A stretch of 24,797 nucleotides of DNA from an uncultured Oligoflexus sp. (GTDB taxonomy: Bacteria > Bdellovibrionota_B > Oligoflexia > Oligoflexales > Oligoflexaceae), in the NCBI GenBank assembly GCA_964236955.1, contig CAXSGP010000071.1, positions 1 through 24,797 of the forward strand, written 5' to 3'. A model generated the notes under the pieces. It saw only the letters and a program-made list of their open reading frames with translations, made no database searches and was not told the origin of the DNA. Positions 7,922-18,264 of this stretch are shown in pieces. The translations under genes and the position numbers were made by a program. How positions within the stretch are numbered: position 1 is the stretch's first letter; every line of letters starts with the position of its first letter.

Positions 7922-8497
7922 TTAAGGATCAGTCTCATTGGACTCAGGATCGGAGTGCAAGCGGCCCCTCAGCTTATTGTCGAGCACCCTGATATCGATG
8001 AGGGCTCTCGTTATCTTTTCGCTATCGGTCAGATCGCTTGAAACCAAGACTTCTCGAATATTCCTGAGCTTGTCCGAGTCTAGGTGAGTTTGACTATTGA
8101 TCGATTCCATCATTGCATTAAAGTTACGGACGACATAACGCATATCGTCGCCATCGCGGATGCGCATCTGCCCGTACCAGCGGCCCTCCTCAACTCTTCT
8201 GAATTGTCGCACCAGGGAATACATGGGCCCGGCCACTCGATGGGTCATTAGAATGCCCATAAAACCTACCAAAAACACGTTAAGTAGCGCCGCAAGACCA
8301 ATAAGACCCATCACGGGATAGGGCAGAAAAAAGGGCAAGCGCAAAATTTTAAACGTATAGAGCGGATAAAGGATCAGCGTCGTCGTCAGAACTGTCGACA
8401 GGAGTCCCACCAATACTGCAGCTCCGGTATAACGAAACTGAAAGTCGCGGTTAATTAAAACAAGTCGCTGCTTTTTTGGATAAAACTTTATTTCCAT
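7922..8497 (-). CDS. Two-TM membrane protein with HAMP-like domain and no output domain
   Basis: LINRDFQFRY, two hydrophobic helices, then THRVAGPMY...RDGDDMRYVVRNFNAM (HAMP-like). Start may be the ATG at 8497 or the TTG at 8524. Confidence 0.7.
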   Translation of the reverse strand: MEIKFYPKKQRLVLINRDFQFRYTGAAVLVGLLSTVLTTTLILYPLYTFKILRLPFFLPYPVMGLIGLAALLNVFLVGFMGILMTHRVAGPMYSLVRQFRRVEEGRWYGQMRIRDGDDMRYVVRNFNAMMESINSQTHLDSDKLRNIREVLVSSDLTDSEKITRALIDIRVLDNKLRGRLHSDPESNETDP

Positions 8498-8538
8498 AAC
8501 CACCAATGTAACTTGCCTGGCCAAAGAGCGCCAATAAT

Positions 8539-8570
8539 AAAAAACCCCGACTAAAGTATAGCCGAGGTTT
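8539..8570 (-). terminator. Intrinsic terminator after metK
   Basis: Minus strand AAACCTCGGCTA-loop-TAGTCGGGGTTT, continuing into a T run and TATTATT. Confidence 0.75.
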
Positions 8571-8593
8571 CTATTCTAGAAGTTTTCTTTAAT

Positions 8594-9760
8594 TTAGCGA
8601 AGTGCGCTCTTTACTGCGTCGACTTTATCAAGACGTTCCCAAGGGAAGATATCACGGCCAAAATGGCCATAAGAAGCGGTTGCCTTGTAAATCGGTCGCA
8701 GAAGATCCAGAGTTTCAGTGATGCCACGTGGTGTCAAACGGAACACATCACGAATGACAGCGGCGAGTTTCTCATCAGAAACATTGCCTGAGCCGTAGGT
8801 ATTAACAAAGACGCTGACCGGTTCGGCTACACCAATTGCATAGGCCAACTGCACCAGACATTTCTCGGCCACACCCGAGGCGACGATATTTTTAGCAATG
8901 TAACGACCCATGTAGGCTGCTGAACGGTCAACTTTAGTTGGATCTTTACCCGAGAAGGCTCCGCCGCCATGGGCGCCATGGCCGCCGTAACTGTCGACGA
9001 TGATCTTACGACCCGTCAATCCACAGTCGCCTTGAGGTCCGCCGATAACGAAGCGGCCTGTAGGGTTGATATGATATTTGGTATTTTTATCAATAAGCTC
9101 AGCCGGAATAACCTTACGCACAACTTCGTTGATCACGTATTCGGTCAGGTCCTTGTGTGACACGTCGGGCGAATGCTGTGTGGAGATCACAACCGCATCA
9201 ACGCGAGCCACTTTCCCGTCACGGTATTCGACGGTCACCTGGCTTTTGGCATCGGGGCGAAGAAAGGGAACTTCATTATTGCGACGCTTTTCAGACAGAC
9301 TGCGCAAGAGTTTGTGGGAGTAGCTGATCGTTGCCGGCATGAGTTCTTTGGTTTCATTCACAGCGTAACCGAACATCATGCCCTGGTCGCCCGCGCCTTG
9401 TTCGGCGTGAAGACCCTCGCCCTCGGTGACACCCATAGAAATGTCGGCAGATTGCTGTTCGACAGCCATGATCACGCCGCAGCTCTTGGCATCAAAACCA
9501 AGGGCACCGTCGTTGTAACCGATTTCTTCAATAGTTTTACGAGCGATCTGCGCATAGTCGATCTGCGCATTGCTGGTAATTTCGCCGGCAATAACCACGA
9601 GCCCTGTTTTAACCAAGGTCTCACAGGCAACGCGCGAGTATTTATCTTGTTCTAGGAGCGCATCAAGAATCGCATCACTGATCTGATCACAGATCTTATC
9701 AGGATGGCCCTCACTTACAGATTCGGAGGTAAAAAGGTAATTTTTTAGTTGTCCGCTCAT
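8594..9760 (-). CDS. metK: S-adenosylmethionine synthetase
   Basis: [19 protein letters not shown] and GGGAFSGKD motifs. ATG at 9760 preceded by GAGGAGAGGA. ATGA overlap with the truB stop. Confidence 0.98.
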   Translation of the reverse strand: MSGQLKNYLFTSESVSEGHPDKICDQISDAILDALLEQDKYSRVACETLVKTGLVVIAGEITSNAQIDYAQIARKTIEEIGYNDGALGFDAKSCGVIMAVEQQSADISMGVTEGEGLHAEQGAGDQGMMFGYAVNETKELMPATISYSHKLLRSLSEKRRNNEVPFLRPDAKSQVTVEYRDGKVARVDAVVISTQHSPDVSHKDLTEYVINEVVRKVIPAELIDKNTKYHINPTGRFVIGGPQGDCGLTGRKIIVDSYGGHGAHGGGAFSGKDPTKVDRSAAYMGRYIAKNIVASGVAEKCLVQLAYAIGVAEPVSVFVNTYGSGNVSDEKLAAVIRDVFRLTPRGITETLDLLRPIYKATASYGHFGRDIFPWERLDKVDAVKSALR

Positions 9761-10740
9761 GAGAGTCCTCTCCTCATTCTTACAGCAACACGCCCAGTAT
9801 TTAATACCACGGCGCTGCCTATTCCAAAAGATTGACCACACTTATCTATTAGGATCATATGGTCAAGCGACTTGATTGAACTTCGCTTTTTATCACTTTG
9901 CGTCAGTCCCGTCTCGAAGCTTTTCATTTCAACATGCATTTCCTGCCCCATCTTCAGCTTTTGAATGAGCAGAGGATCCTCAGTATGCCAACTTGGAATA
10001 TCAAGTCGTATATCTTCTAGTGGTATTATGTACTTTTGAATAGTTTCCTGCTCTTGTTCAAGAATGTCAAGAGACACTGAAGACCCAACCTCCAGATCGC
10101 CTGTCGCCACTCTAAGAAGCCGTACGACTACACCCAGTGTGCCCAGGGTTTGGGCAATGTGATGGGAAAGCACTCGAACATAAGTGCCCTTGGAGCATTT
10201 GACACGAACGGTGGCGATCCCATCAGCATAGTTCAAGCATTCCATACGTTCAATTTGCACAATTTTTCTGAGAAGATCCAGTGGCACCTCGTCTGCCCGC
10301 CCACTGCGTGCATACTCATACAAAGGCTTGCCCTGATACTTGATAGCCGAATAGATCGGCGGAATTTGAGTAAAACCGCCTTGCATCCCTTCGCAGACTT
10401 TATCAATGTCGGCCATGTTAAAAGCACCGACTGGGGCTTCGGCCACAAGCTCGCCGTCAAGATCAAGAGTATCGGTGGCGGTGCCAAATTTAATGTCAAA
10501 TTCGTAGCATTTAGTGCCGGCCAGCAGGTAATCCTGAATACGGGTCGCTTTACCAAAAAGAACCGGCAGCACCCCTTCCGCCATCGGATCCAAAGTACCG
10601 ACATGGCCCATTTTAATGCGGGTGAATCGGCGCTCAAACCAGCGCGAGACATCTTTCGAACTCATTCCGCGCGGCTTATAAACTATGATCATGCCGTCTT
10701 GCAGGGAGTGTTTTTTTATATGAGTCGATTGCTGCTTCAA
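9757..10740 (-). CDS. truB: tRNA pseudouridine(55) synthase TruB
   Basis: [40 protein letters not shown] and [11 protein letters not shown] start with AAGGAG RBS. Confidence 0.95.
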   Translation of the reverse strand: MKQQSTHIKKHSLQDGMIIVYKPRGMSSKDVSRWFERRFTRIKMGHVGTLDPMAEGVLPVLFGKATRIQDYLLAGTKCYEFDIKFGTATDTLDLDGELVAEAPVGAFNMADIDKVCEGMQGGFTQIPPIYSAIKYQGKPLYEYARSGRADEVPLDLLRKIVQIERMECLNYADGIATVRVKCSKGTYVRVLSHHIAQTLGTLGVVVRLLRVATGDLEVGSSVSLDILEQEQETIQKYIIPLEDIRLDIPSWHTEDPLLIQKLKMGQEMHVEMKSFETGLTQSDKKRSSIKSLDHMILIDKCGQSFGIGSAVVLNTGRVAVRMRRGLS

Positions 10741-10760
10741 CGAATGAGCTCCTTAGGGCC

Positions 10761-11123
10761 TCAGTCTTCCTGAGTATCCTTTTTTTCTTTATGAATGGTA
10801 TCCAAAACCGTTTCAATCCGACCAGCATACTCGATGCTTTTGTCGTATTTGAAATGAAGCTCTGGAACCCGGCGCACATCGAGGGCCTCGCTTAGACTTT
10901 TGCGGAGGCGACCGGCGGCTGACTGAAGGCCCTTGAGAGCTTTGACCGCATCGGCATCATTATAGGTTCTGTAGAATACGGTAGCCTGCTGAAGATCGGC
11001 GGTTAATTTTACAGCCGTAACCGTCACCGATTCAAGGCGGGGATCGCTAAGGCGGCCACCTTGAAAATTGAGGGCAAGAATATCTCGAATTTGATCGCCT
11101 AGCTGGTCTTTTCTGAGACCCAT
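10761..11123 (-). CDS. rbfA: Ribosome-binding factor A
   Basis: DPRL..VTVTAVKLTADL and RRVPELHFKYDKS. Located between infB and truB. Confidence 0.95.
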   Translation of the reverse strand: MGLRKDQLGDQIRDILALNFQGGRLSDPRLESVTVTAVKLTADLQQATVFYRTYNDADAVKALKGLQSAAGRLRKSLSEALDVRRVPELHFKYDKSIEYAGRIETVLDTIHKEKKDTQED

Positions 11124-11143
11124 AAAAATCCTTTCGTAAGCCT

Positions 11144-11183
11144 AAAAAAAGAAAACCCTTCCCTCGCTTTCGCAAAGGGAGGG
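11144..11183 (-). terminator. Intrinsic terminator-like hairpin between infB and rbfA
   Basis: Minus strand CCCTCCCTTTGC-GAAA-GCGAGGGAAGGG followed by TTTTCTTTTTTT. Confidence 0.75.
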
Positions 11184-11309
11184 CCTTCCATAGCCTAATA
11201 TTTTTTTGTCTGAGGCAAGAAAAGCCAGCACCGGCGCAAATTCAAAATAAGTCTGGACCTACGCGTTCACCACTCTCAATCTGCACACGACAACTTTCAA
11301 ACAGTTTCT

Positions 11310-14300
11310 TCAAAGTACGGCTGCATGCTCTTCGATGATGAAGGACTCAATGATGTCGCCTTCGCGAACATCGGAGTAGCCATCAATGCCAATACCGCAT
11401 TCATAACCTTGGACGACTTCACGCACATCGTCTTTAAAGCGACGGAGTGAACCGACGCGTCCTGTAAAGACCACGACGCTTTCACGAATGAGGCGCAGCT
11501 GCGAGCTTCGCGTGATCTTACCATCAAGCACTGAGGTACCAGCGACAAGGCCAATTTTAGGAACCTTGATCGTTGCTCGAACTTCAGCGTGGCCCAAGAT
11601 TACTTCCTTCTGAACCGGTGGCAGTTTACCAGCCATAATCGATTTCAGAACATCAACGATATCGTAGATGACCGAGAAGTATTTGATCAAAGTGCCCTGT
11701 TTATCAGCCTGTTCATCCAAACCGCGAACGGCCCGAACGTTAAAGCCTATTATAACGGCGCCTGACGTTGTGGCCAGCGAGACATCGGACTCGTTGATAC
11801 CACCGACCGCTTTATGGACGATGCGATTTCGAACCCTATCACTGTTGAGTTTGAGGATCGCTTCGCTAATCGCCTCAACAGAGCCTTGGGTATCGGCTTT
11901 GATAATGATCGGTACTTCTGGAGTCTCTGTATTCTTCACTTTGGCGAGAAGCTGATCAAGGGTAGCCGCAGACGAACGACTGGAAGCGTTGAGACGCTCC
12001 GTATCGGTTCTCCAGTCGGCAACCTCTTTACCCGTCTTCTCATCTTCAACCGCATCGACCGGATCACCGGCCATGGGTACCGAAGAAAGACCTACCACTT
12101 CCACAGGCGTGGAGGGACCGGTTTCTTTCAAGCGCTTCCCTGTCTGATCGTGCATTGCACGGACCCGACCGAGGGCCGTACCAGCGACAACAAAGTCGCC
12201 TACTTTCAGAATACCTTTTTGAATCATGATCGTTGCTACCGGACCGCGGCCTTTGTCGAGATGGGCTTCAACTACGACACCGGAGGCAGGAACATCGAGA
12301 GGGGTTTTCAATTCAAGCACTTCGGCCTGAAGTAAAATTGCCTCGAGGAGTTCATCGATACCAATTCCTTTAAGTGCGGAAACTTTGACGAAGATATTTT
12401 CTCCGCCCCATTCTTCCGACTGAATTCCATGTTCCGCAAGTTCACTGTTGATGCGGTCGAGATTCTTCGTCGGCTTATCAATTTTGTTGATCGCGACGAT
12501 AATGGGTACATTCGCGGCACGGGCGTGCGAAATAGCTTCCACCGTCTGTGGCATGACGCCGTCATCGGCAGCCACTACCAAGACCACAATATCGGTGACC
12601 TTGGCTCCCCGCGAACGCATCGACGAGAAAGCCTCATGACCGGGAGTATCCAGAAAGGCGATTCGCTTGCCGTCTTTATCAACCGTATAAGCACCAATAT
12701 GCTGAGTAATACCACCAGCTTCCGATGCCGCAACTTTCGCCTTGCGGATCGCATCGAGAATCGAAGTTTTACCATGGTCGACGTGACCCATGATGGTCAC
12801 GATCGGTGGCCGTTCCACAAACTCCGCACCTTCGTGGGCTTTGCGCTTCTCGGTGAGAATATCGTCGAGAGTAACGATATTAGTCTTGATTTCAAAACCA
12901 TACTCGGTCGCCAGAAGAGTAGCCGTATCGACGTCGATCGCTTGATTCAACGTGGTCATCATCCCCTGCGTCATCAATTTCTTGATAATCTCAGTAGCTT
13001 TAACAGCCATCTGCTTAGCAAGGTCTGCAACTGTAATGGAATTTCCCATCGTCACGATACGATAGGCAGCTCGAGGCGTGGTGACCTGAGTTTTCTTAAG
13101 ATCTTTGCGGCGGCGCAGATCTTTTCTGCCGCTGCTGCCACGGTTACTGCCGGTTTGAATCGTGCCGCTTCCGGGAGGCGTATAAACGGTGCGCTTGATT
13201 TTTTCAACTTCTGGAACAACTTCGGCAACTTCGATGCCTGGATCAGCTTCCTCGGCTTCAAGTGAGGCCACTTGATCAAGAAGAGAACGCATATTGACCT
13301 GGTCACGACGAACCTTGGGCAGTTTCTTGGCTGCAGCTTCCTGCTCGGCTTCGGCTGCCGTAAGTTTTTTCTTGTCGCGATCCTTAGATTTCGTGATGTC
13401 TTCCCAACGCCTTGCTGGAGAATCGGTAAGTCCGGTTGAAACTTCAGCTTCCACTGGTTTTCTGAAAATAGGATCACTACTTCCGCTGCGGCCACCACCG
13501 GAACTACCGAAGGGAGGACGGCCCCCTTCTTCACGTCTTGGGGGAGGGCCATCTCGGCGTATAGGCCCACCGCCTGCAGGCACACCGGGGTGTCCACCGG
13601 CACCGACACGTATGATAGGACTTGGATTAGCGGAACGACTTTGAGCCTGTTGCTGCTGCAAGTGCTGACGCTGCTCAAGCTCTTCTGGGCTAGCCCGACG
13701 AATAATCGTCGCTGCACCACTTGGCTGAAGACGGGGCGGTGAAGCCTGGGGAGCAGCCGGTGGCGCAGGGGGCGGAGGGGGAGCAAGAGGCTCGCGCCTT
13801 ACTATTTTAGCTGAATCGTAATTCTCTTGCGGGCGAGACATAGGTCGAGACTCCGGTGCGGGACTTGGAATTGACTTAGCGTTCTCGCGAGCAAGGGATG
13901 GCGCCGGCTTTTCGAATTCTGGCTCAGCACTGACAGTAACTTCCTGTACCTGTACAATTTTTGCTGGGGTCTCGATTTTAGGAGACGCTTGCTCTTGAAC
14001 GGCTTTTATTTTTTCGGGAATTTCAGCGGGGGCTTCCGCTTTCGCGACCACCGTCTTTTCTTTGGCTAGCGCCGGTTCTCGGCTTTTTTCTCTTCTTACT
14101 GTCGCCGGCGCTGAAGTAGGGCTTGCAGCAACAGCGGGGGCATCGGCCACCAGTGAGGCTGGTTCTTCTTCGTGCCCAGAAACGAGATTATCCTCGTCCC
14201 CTCCGTCTACCGATCCGCCTGGAGTATCATCAGCGCCACGGCGTCTCCGTATGACAGATGGACTCGTACGAGGAGCACTCGCAGTACTACCCTCGCTGGA

Positions 14301-14468
14301 TCCTCCACCCGAAGATGTAAGCTCGCGCTTTATCTTAAGGACTTGATCTGCGCTTAAAGTACTTTGATGACTCGACACCTCGATGCCCAAATCTTTAAGC
14401 TTATTGACCAGCAATTTGCTTTCGATTTTGAGTTCACGAGCTAATTCATAGACACGAATTTTTGACAT
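11310..14468 (-). CDS. infB: Translation initiation factor IF-2
   Basis: [11 protein letters not shown]-domain, [20 protein letters not shown] and GYECG. Long Pro/Ala/Gly-rich N-terminal region. Confidence 0.98.
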   Translation of the reverse strand: MSKIRVYELARELKIESKLLVNKLKDLGIEVSSHQSTLSADQVLKIKRELTSSGGGSSEGSTASAPRTSPSVIRRRRGADDTPGGSVDGGDEDNLVSGHEEEPASLVADAPAVAASPTSAPATVRREKSREPALAKEKTVVAKAEAPAEIPEKIKAVQEQASPKIETPAKIVQVQEVTVSAEPEFEKPAPSLARENAKSIPSPAPESRPMSRPQENYDSAKIVRREPLAPPPPPAPPAAPQASPPRLQPSGAATIIRRASPEELEQRQHLQQQQAQSRSANPSPIIRVGAGGHPGVPAGGGPIRRDGPPPRREEGGRPPFGSSGGGRSGSSDPIFRKPVEAEVSTGLTDSPARRWEDITKSKDRDKKKLTAAEAEQEAAAKKLPKVRRDQVNMRSLLDQVASLEAEEADPGIEVAEVVPEVEKIKRTVYTPPGSGTIQTGSNRGSSGRKDLRRRKDLKKTQVTTPRAAYRIVTMGNSITVADLAKQMAVKATEIIKKLMTQGMMTTLNQAIDVDTATLLATEYGFEIKTNIVTLDDILTEKRKAHEGAEFVERPPIVTIMGHVDHGKTSILDAIRKAKVAASEAGGITQHIGAYTVDKDGKRIAFLDTPGHEAFSSMRSRGAKVTDIVVLVVAADDGVMPQTVEAISHARAANVPIIVAINKIDKPTKNLDRINSELAEHGIQSEEWGGENIFVKVSALKGIGIDELLEAILLQAEVLELKTPLDVPASGVVVEAHLDKGRGPVATIMIQKGILKVGDFVVAGTALGRVRAMHDQTGKRLKETGPSTPVEVVGLSSVPMAGDPVDAVEDEKTGKEVADWRTDTERLNASSRSSAATLDQLLAKVKNTETPEVPIIIKADTQGSVEAISEAILKLNSDRVRNRIVHKAVGGINESDVSLATTSGAVIIGFNVRAVRGLDEQADKQGTLIKYFSVIYDIVDVLKSIMAGKLPPVQKEVILGHAEVRATIKVPKIGLVAGTSVLDGKITRSSQLRLIRESVVVFTGRVGSLRRFKDDVREVVQGYECGIGIDGYSDVREGDIIESFIIEEHAAVL

Positions 14469-14506
14469 TCGTTAAGAGTCCCCCAATATTCACCTAAGTG
14501 TCCCAA

Positions 14507-16078
14507 TTATTCGGACTGTAGGTAACGATCTGCAGCCATTTGAATGGTACGAGCCACTCCGATAGACAAGCCTGTCTTCTGAGCGACTTCCTCCGCTGAA
14601 TCGGCAACTATGTCACCTATGGTGACATAGCCACCCTCTGCAAGAGCATGGGCCGAAGCCTCACCAACACCAGACAGCTCCAGAAAGATCTTTACTCGTT
14701 CGCTAATTTGAGAGTCTTCTACTTTATTGTCAAGAGTAAGGGGCGATGCGGACGAGTTCGCAAGGAAATCGTCACGTACGGGCGCCTTCTTAATCTCAGC
14801 TTTGCCTTGTGAAACCATGTCAGCAATGGCGAGAGCGTTTGCAATCAAGGCCAATGCAGTATCCTGATCCATATTGAGCAGTCGGTTGAGAGCTCGCGGC
14901 GAGAGCGCTGCGACTTCTGCAGGTGAGGTATACCCCTCTTGAACCAAAAGCTCTGCCATCATTTCGTCAAGACCCTTGATACTTGTCAGAAGGTCCTTTG
15001 CACCGGCCATTTTCTCTTCCACTGACGACTCGCTCTTAATGTCCAGCTTCCAGCCCGTCAATTGAGCTGCCAAACGAACGTTTTGACCACGCTTGCCAAT
15101 AGCAAGCGAGAGCTGATCATCAGCAACGATAACTTCCATACCATGCATATTTTCATCAACAATCACTTTACTCACAACGGCTGGTGCCAAAGCATTGCAA
15201 ACGAGTCGGGCAGGGTCGTGATCGTAAGGAATAATATCGATCTTCTCACCATTCAGTTCGCTTACTACGGCCTGAACGCGTGAGCCCTTCATACCGACAC
15301 AGGCACCGACTGGATCGACTGTGCTATCGCGCGAATACACGGCGATCTTGGAGCGATAACCTGGATCGCGTGCCGCCGCTTCGATGCTGACAACACCGTC
15401 ATATATTTCTGTAACATGTTGACTAAATAGAGTTACGAGGAAACCTGGATGGGCCCTTGACATAACCACCTGAGGTCCACGACTCGATCGTTTGACATCG
15501 ACCACATAAGCCTGAACCCGATCCTTAACACGGAACTTCTCAGTAGGGACCTGTTCTTTGTAAGGAATCACAGCTTCGGTACGACCGAGGTCGACGATGA
15601 TATCATTGCGCTCAAAACGGCGCACATAACCGGAAAGGATGTCACCTTTACGGTCTTTAAATTCTTCAAATATTTGAGAACGCTCAGCATCACGCACTTT
15701 TTGAACAATGATTTGTTTAGCTGACTGGGCGGCGATACGACCAAATTTAGTCGTGTCGATTTTGACACCAATCGCATCACCCAGTACAGTTTCGGCATCG
15801 AGCTTGGTCGCATCGCCAATACTAATCTCAATACTTTCGTTGGCAACATCGTCATCATCAACAACGGTTCGGAACTGATAAAGTTCAATTTCATCAGTGT
15901 CTTCGTTGTAATGTGCTTCAAGGTCAGCTGAAGCGCCCAGCGTACGGCGCGCAGCATGAACAACGGCCTGTTGCAACGCATCGATGATGACAGCTTTATC
16001 TAGGTTTTTATCGCGGCTGACTCCCGAGATCACCTTGCGTAGTTCGGATTCAATTTCAGAGCTGTCAAGTAAAGTCAT
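14507..16078 (-). CDS. nusA: Transcription termination/antitermination factor NusA
   Basis: FGRIAAQSAKQ, S1 and KH motifs (DPVGACVGMKGSRV, AIGKRGQNVRLA), and two C-terminal HhH/AR-like repeats. Confidence 0.97.
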   Translation of the reverse strand: MTLLDSSEIESELRKVISGVSRDKNLDKAVIIDALQQAVVHAARRTLGASADLEAHYNEDTDEIELYQFRTVVDDDDVANESIEISIGDATKLDAETVLGDAIGVKIDTTKFGRIAAQSAKQIIVQKVRDAERSQIFEEFKDRKGDILSGYVRRFERNDIIVDLGRTEAVIPYKEQVPTEKFRVKDRVQAYVVDVKRSSRGPQVVMSRAHPGFLVTLFSQHVTEIYDGVVSIEAAARDPGYRSKIAVYSRDSTVDPVGACVGMKGSRVQAVVSELNGEKIDIIPYDHDPARLVCNALAPAVVSKVIVDENMHGMEVIVADDQLSLAIGKRGQNVRLAAQLTGWKLDIKSESSVEEKMAGAKDLLTSIKGLDEMMAELLVQEGYTSPAEVAALSPRALNRLLNMDQDTALALIANALAIADMVSQGKAEIKKAPVRDDFLANSSASPLTLDNKVEDSQISERVKIFLELSGVGEASAHALAEGGYVTIGDIVADSAEEVAQKTGLSIGVARTIQMAADRYLQSE

Positions 16079-16153
16079 CGTCTGTCGATCCTTATGGGAA
16101 GGTCAAAAGATTGATGTGGAATGGACTGATCCCTACACCTTAGGACAAAATGG

Positions 16154-16612
16154 CTACTTCCATTCAAACATTAGATTCGCTTTACGGATAGCCTTAAAGG
16201 GAAAAGTCCAAGCGCCTGAAGGCATAGTCATCGAAAAAGAGTCTTGAGTGTCGATCGCAACGAGCTTGCCCACACCGTTTGCACGATCCTGATATTTCTC
16301 AGTAAGGTGAACCCGGATGTTTTGCCCCAGCACTTGCCTGAAGTGGTCGATTGTTCTCAAAGGACGATCGACACCAGGTGAGCTAATTTCGAGGCGATAG
16401 TCCCGCTGAACGAGCTTGTCGAGCTCTTCGTCTTCGATTAGAACACGATTTACTTTCAGGCAATCCTCCATCACGATCCCGCCCGCTTGATCGATATAAA
16501 TCCTTAAGGCGTTGTCGGAGCCGTCCCAGTCGACTTCAAGGCATGAGTAGCCAAGAGATGAGATCTTGGGATTTATCAATTCAACTATCTTGTCGCGCTG
16601 TTGGCGATCCAT
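16154..16612 (-). CDS. rimP: Ribosome maturation factor RimP
   Basis: LRIYID, DC..V and YRLEISSPGVDRPL. Start reassigned to MDRQQRD at 16612. Confidence 0.93.
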   Translation of the reverse strand: MDRQQRDKIVELINPKISSLGYSCLEVDWDGSDNALRIYIDQAGGIVMEDCLKVNRVLIEDEELDKLVQRDYRLEISSPGVDRPLRTIDHFRQVLGQNIRVHLTEKYQDRANGVGKLVAIDTQDSFSMTMPSGAWTFPFKAIRKANLMFEWK

Positions 16613-16624
16613 AAGAATCCAAGC

Positions 16625-16662
16625 AAAATAAAAAAGCCCTTCCACCATCACGGTGACAAGGC
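16625..16662 (-). promoter_or_regulatory. rimP leader terminator/attenuator-like hairpin
   Basis: Minus strand GCCTTGTCACC-GTGAT-GGTGGAAGGGC then TTTTTTATTTT, ending about 12 nt before the rimP ATG. Confidence 0.65.
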
Positions 16663-16709
16663 AAAAGAAAACCATGATTGATTTGTACAAACGGCTTTGC
16701 ACGCCCTAG

Positions 16710-16738
16710 GGTTTATCAAGCAGTTTAGAGAAAGTCAA
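16710..16738 (-). promoter_or_regulatory. Candidate sigma70 promoter of the rimP-nusA-infB operon
   Basis: TTGACT-17 nt-TAAACC, with TG at the extended -10 position. Confidence 0.4.
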
Positions 16739-17029
16739 CTCTTTTGACCTATTTTATACAGTCTCAGATCGATGGCGACAAGTTTAATTCGGCCGAATAT
16801 CGGTCTGCACTCTATTGCAAGTTCTTGATTCCTCTAGGCCATTTGATTAAGCGCGGGAGCCTGTTTTCTTTCGCGACCTGCATCAACCTGCAGTCGACGG
16901 CTTGAATTTATTGGATCCGTAGCCAAGAAAGTGTGGACCACCCTCCCTTTAAAAATTTTCTGTCGAGTTGTTATTATAAATCTGCTACCGCTAGCTTTGA
17001 CCATGTTCGCTGATAAGGATGGGTTCAAA

Positions 17030-17569
17030 ATGGCTGTCTTGAAAATTCCAGAAACCAATACAACTCTTGATAAATTTAAAGATATTCAATCATTCCTCCA
17101 GGCCCGCGGTATCTGGCATGACCAATGGCAGGCGACCAAGCCGCTGGCGGATTCGGCCAGCCAAGATGAAATTCTGGAAGCCTATGCAAAAGATTTGAAG
17201 CCCTTTATGGAAAAAGGCGGCTACAAGACAGCAGACGTGATCAATGTCCATGCCGGCACTCCCAATGTCGATGCTATTCGAACCAAATTTCTTGCCGAAC
17301 ACACCCATACTGAGGACGAGATCCGCTTTTTTATAGATGGTGAGGGCATATTTTGGTTTCACGTGAAGGGCGAGGTCTTTTCCCTGACCTGTCGAGCCGG
17401 CGATCTTCTAAGTGTCCCTGCGAATACCTCGCATTGGTTTGATCTCGGAGCCAAGGCTCATGTCAAAGCGATACGTGTCTTTATTGATCCGACAGGATGG
17501 GTTGCCAATTATACGGGATCAGGCATCGACCGCAAATATAATCCGGACTACCAAAGCGAGCCAAGATGA
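17030..17569 (+). CDS. mtnD: Acireductone dioxygenase (ARD, cupin; methionine salvage)
   Basis: KFLAEHTHTEDEIRFF..G.G.F and GDLLSVPANTSHWF metal-binding cupin motifs. Start reassigned to MAVLKIP at 17030, with AAGGA RBS. Confidence 0.93.
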   Translation: MAVLKIPETNTTLDKFKDIQSFLQARGIWHDQWQATKPLADSASQDEILEAYAKDLKPFMEKGGYKTADVINVHAGTPNVDAIRTKFLAEHTHTEDEIRFFIDGEGIFWFHVKGEVFSLTCRAGDLLSVPANTSHWFDLGAKAHVKAIRVFIDPTGWVANYTGSGIDRKYNPDYQSEPR

Positions 17570-18258
17570 TTAGCTGTGTCCTGACCGATATCGAGGGGAC
17601 AACGAGTTCTATCGAATTTGTGCACAAGGTCCTGTTTCCCTATTCCCGCAGCAATTTTTATAAATTTTTATCAACAACTGAGGACAAAGATGTTCAAGCT
17701 GTGGTCCTAGCTCTTTGGACCGAGCACCTGGGCCAGGCCTCCGGCACCTCAGCCGATCTTGCTAGGGTTGCTAAACTCTTGCAGGATTGGATCGATCAAG
17801 ACTTAAAAAACAGTCAACTGAAAGCCCTTCAAGGCAAAATATGGCGCCAGGGTTATGAAGCCAAGGCCTACCGGGGGCATGTCTATGCGGATGTGCAGCC
17901 CCTGCTCGAGCGCTGGAAGAATAAAGGACTGCACCTTGCCGTTTATTCATCAGGCTCTGTAGAAGCTCAAAAGCTGCTGTTTAAATATTCAGAAGCCGGC
18001 GATCTGACTCCACTTTTTTCTTGCTATTTTGATACAGGGGTTGGCCATAAACGCGATCGAACATCCTACGCTCACATCGCCGAGAAACTTAAGCTCGATC
18101 CCGAACGCATTTTGTTTCTATCCGATATTAAGGAAGAGCTCGATGCCGCTGAGCTTACCGGTTTTAAAACCTGTCAGCTTATGAGAGATCCCCTGCCAAA
18201 AAAGGGGCATCACCCACAGGCTGAAAATTTTAAGAAGGTTGATCAGCTTTTCTTTTAA
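17566..18258 (+). CDS. mtnC: Enolase-phosphatase E1 (acireductone synthase, HAD family)
   Basis: DIEGTT, LFPY, LKALQGKIW, YSSGSVEAQKLLF and ILFLSD. ATGA overlap with mtnD. Confidence 0.95.
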   Translation: MISCVLTDIEGTTSSIEFVHKVLFPYSRSNFYKFLSTTEDKDVQAVVLALWTEHLGQASGTSADLARVAKLLQDWIDQDLKNSQLKALQGKIWRQGYEAKAYRGHVYADVQPLLERWKNKGLHLAVYSSGSVEAQKLLFKYSEAGDLTPLFSCYFDTGVGHKRDRTSYAHIAEKLKLDPERILFLSDIKEELDAAELTGFKTCQLMRDPLPKKGHHPQAENFKKVDQLFF

Positions 18259-18264
18259 GCGTTC

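Noticed and set aside
9761..9841. Extended N-terminus of MetK
   Set aside because: It overlaps truB. The strong RBS and ATGA overlap support a start at 9760.
10150..10773. 207-aa plus-strand ORF
   Set aside because: Antisense shadow of truB with no domain signal.
11814..13644. Several long plus-strand ORFs (173, 278 and 116 aa)
   Set aside because: Antisense shadows of conserved infB, expected from codon bias.
13052..13786. 244-aa alternative-frame ORF inside infB
   Set aside because: It falls in the GC-rich low-complexity region where stops are scarce, with no RBS or motif support.
16712..17017. Possible SAM-I riboswitch before mtnD (TTATCAAG ... TGATAAG)
   Set aside because: The putative P1 strands are about 300 nt apart, and the core elements (GAGGGA, GCAACC, GTGC) are not arranged as in SAM-I.
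16834..17058. 74-aa minus-strand ORF in the rimP-mtnD spacer
   Set aside because: It overlaps the mtnD start on the opposite strand and has no RBS or recognisable features.
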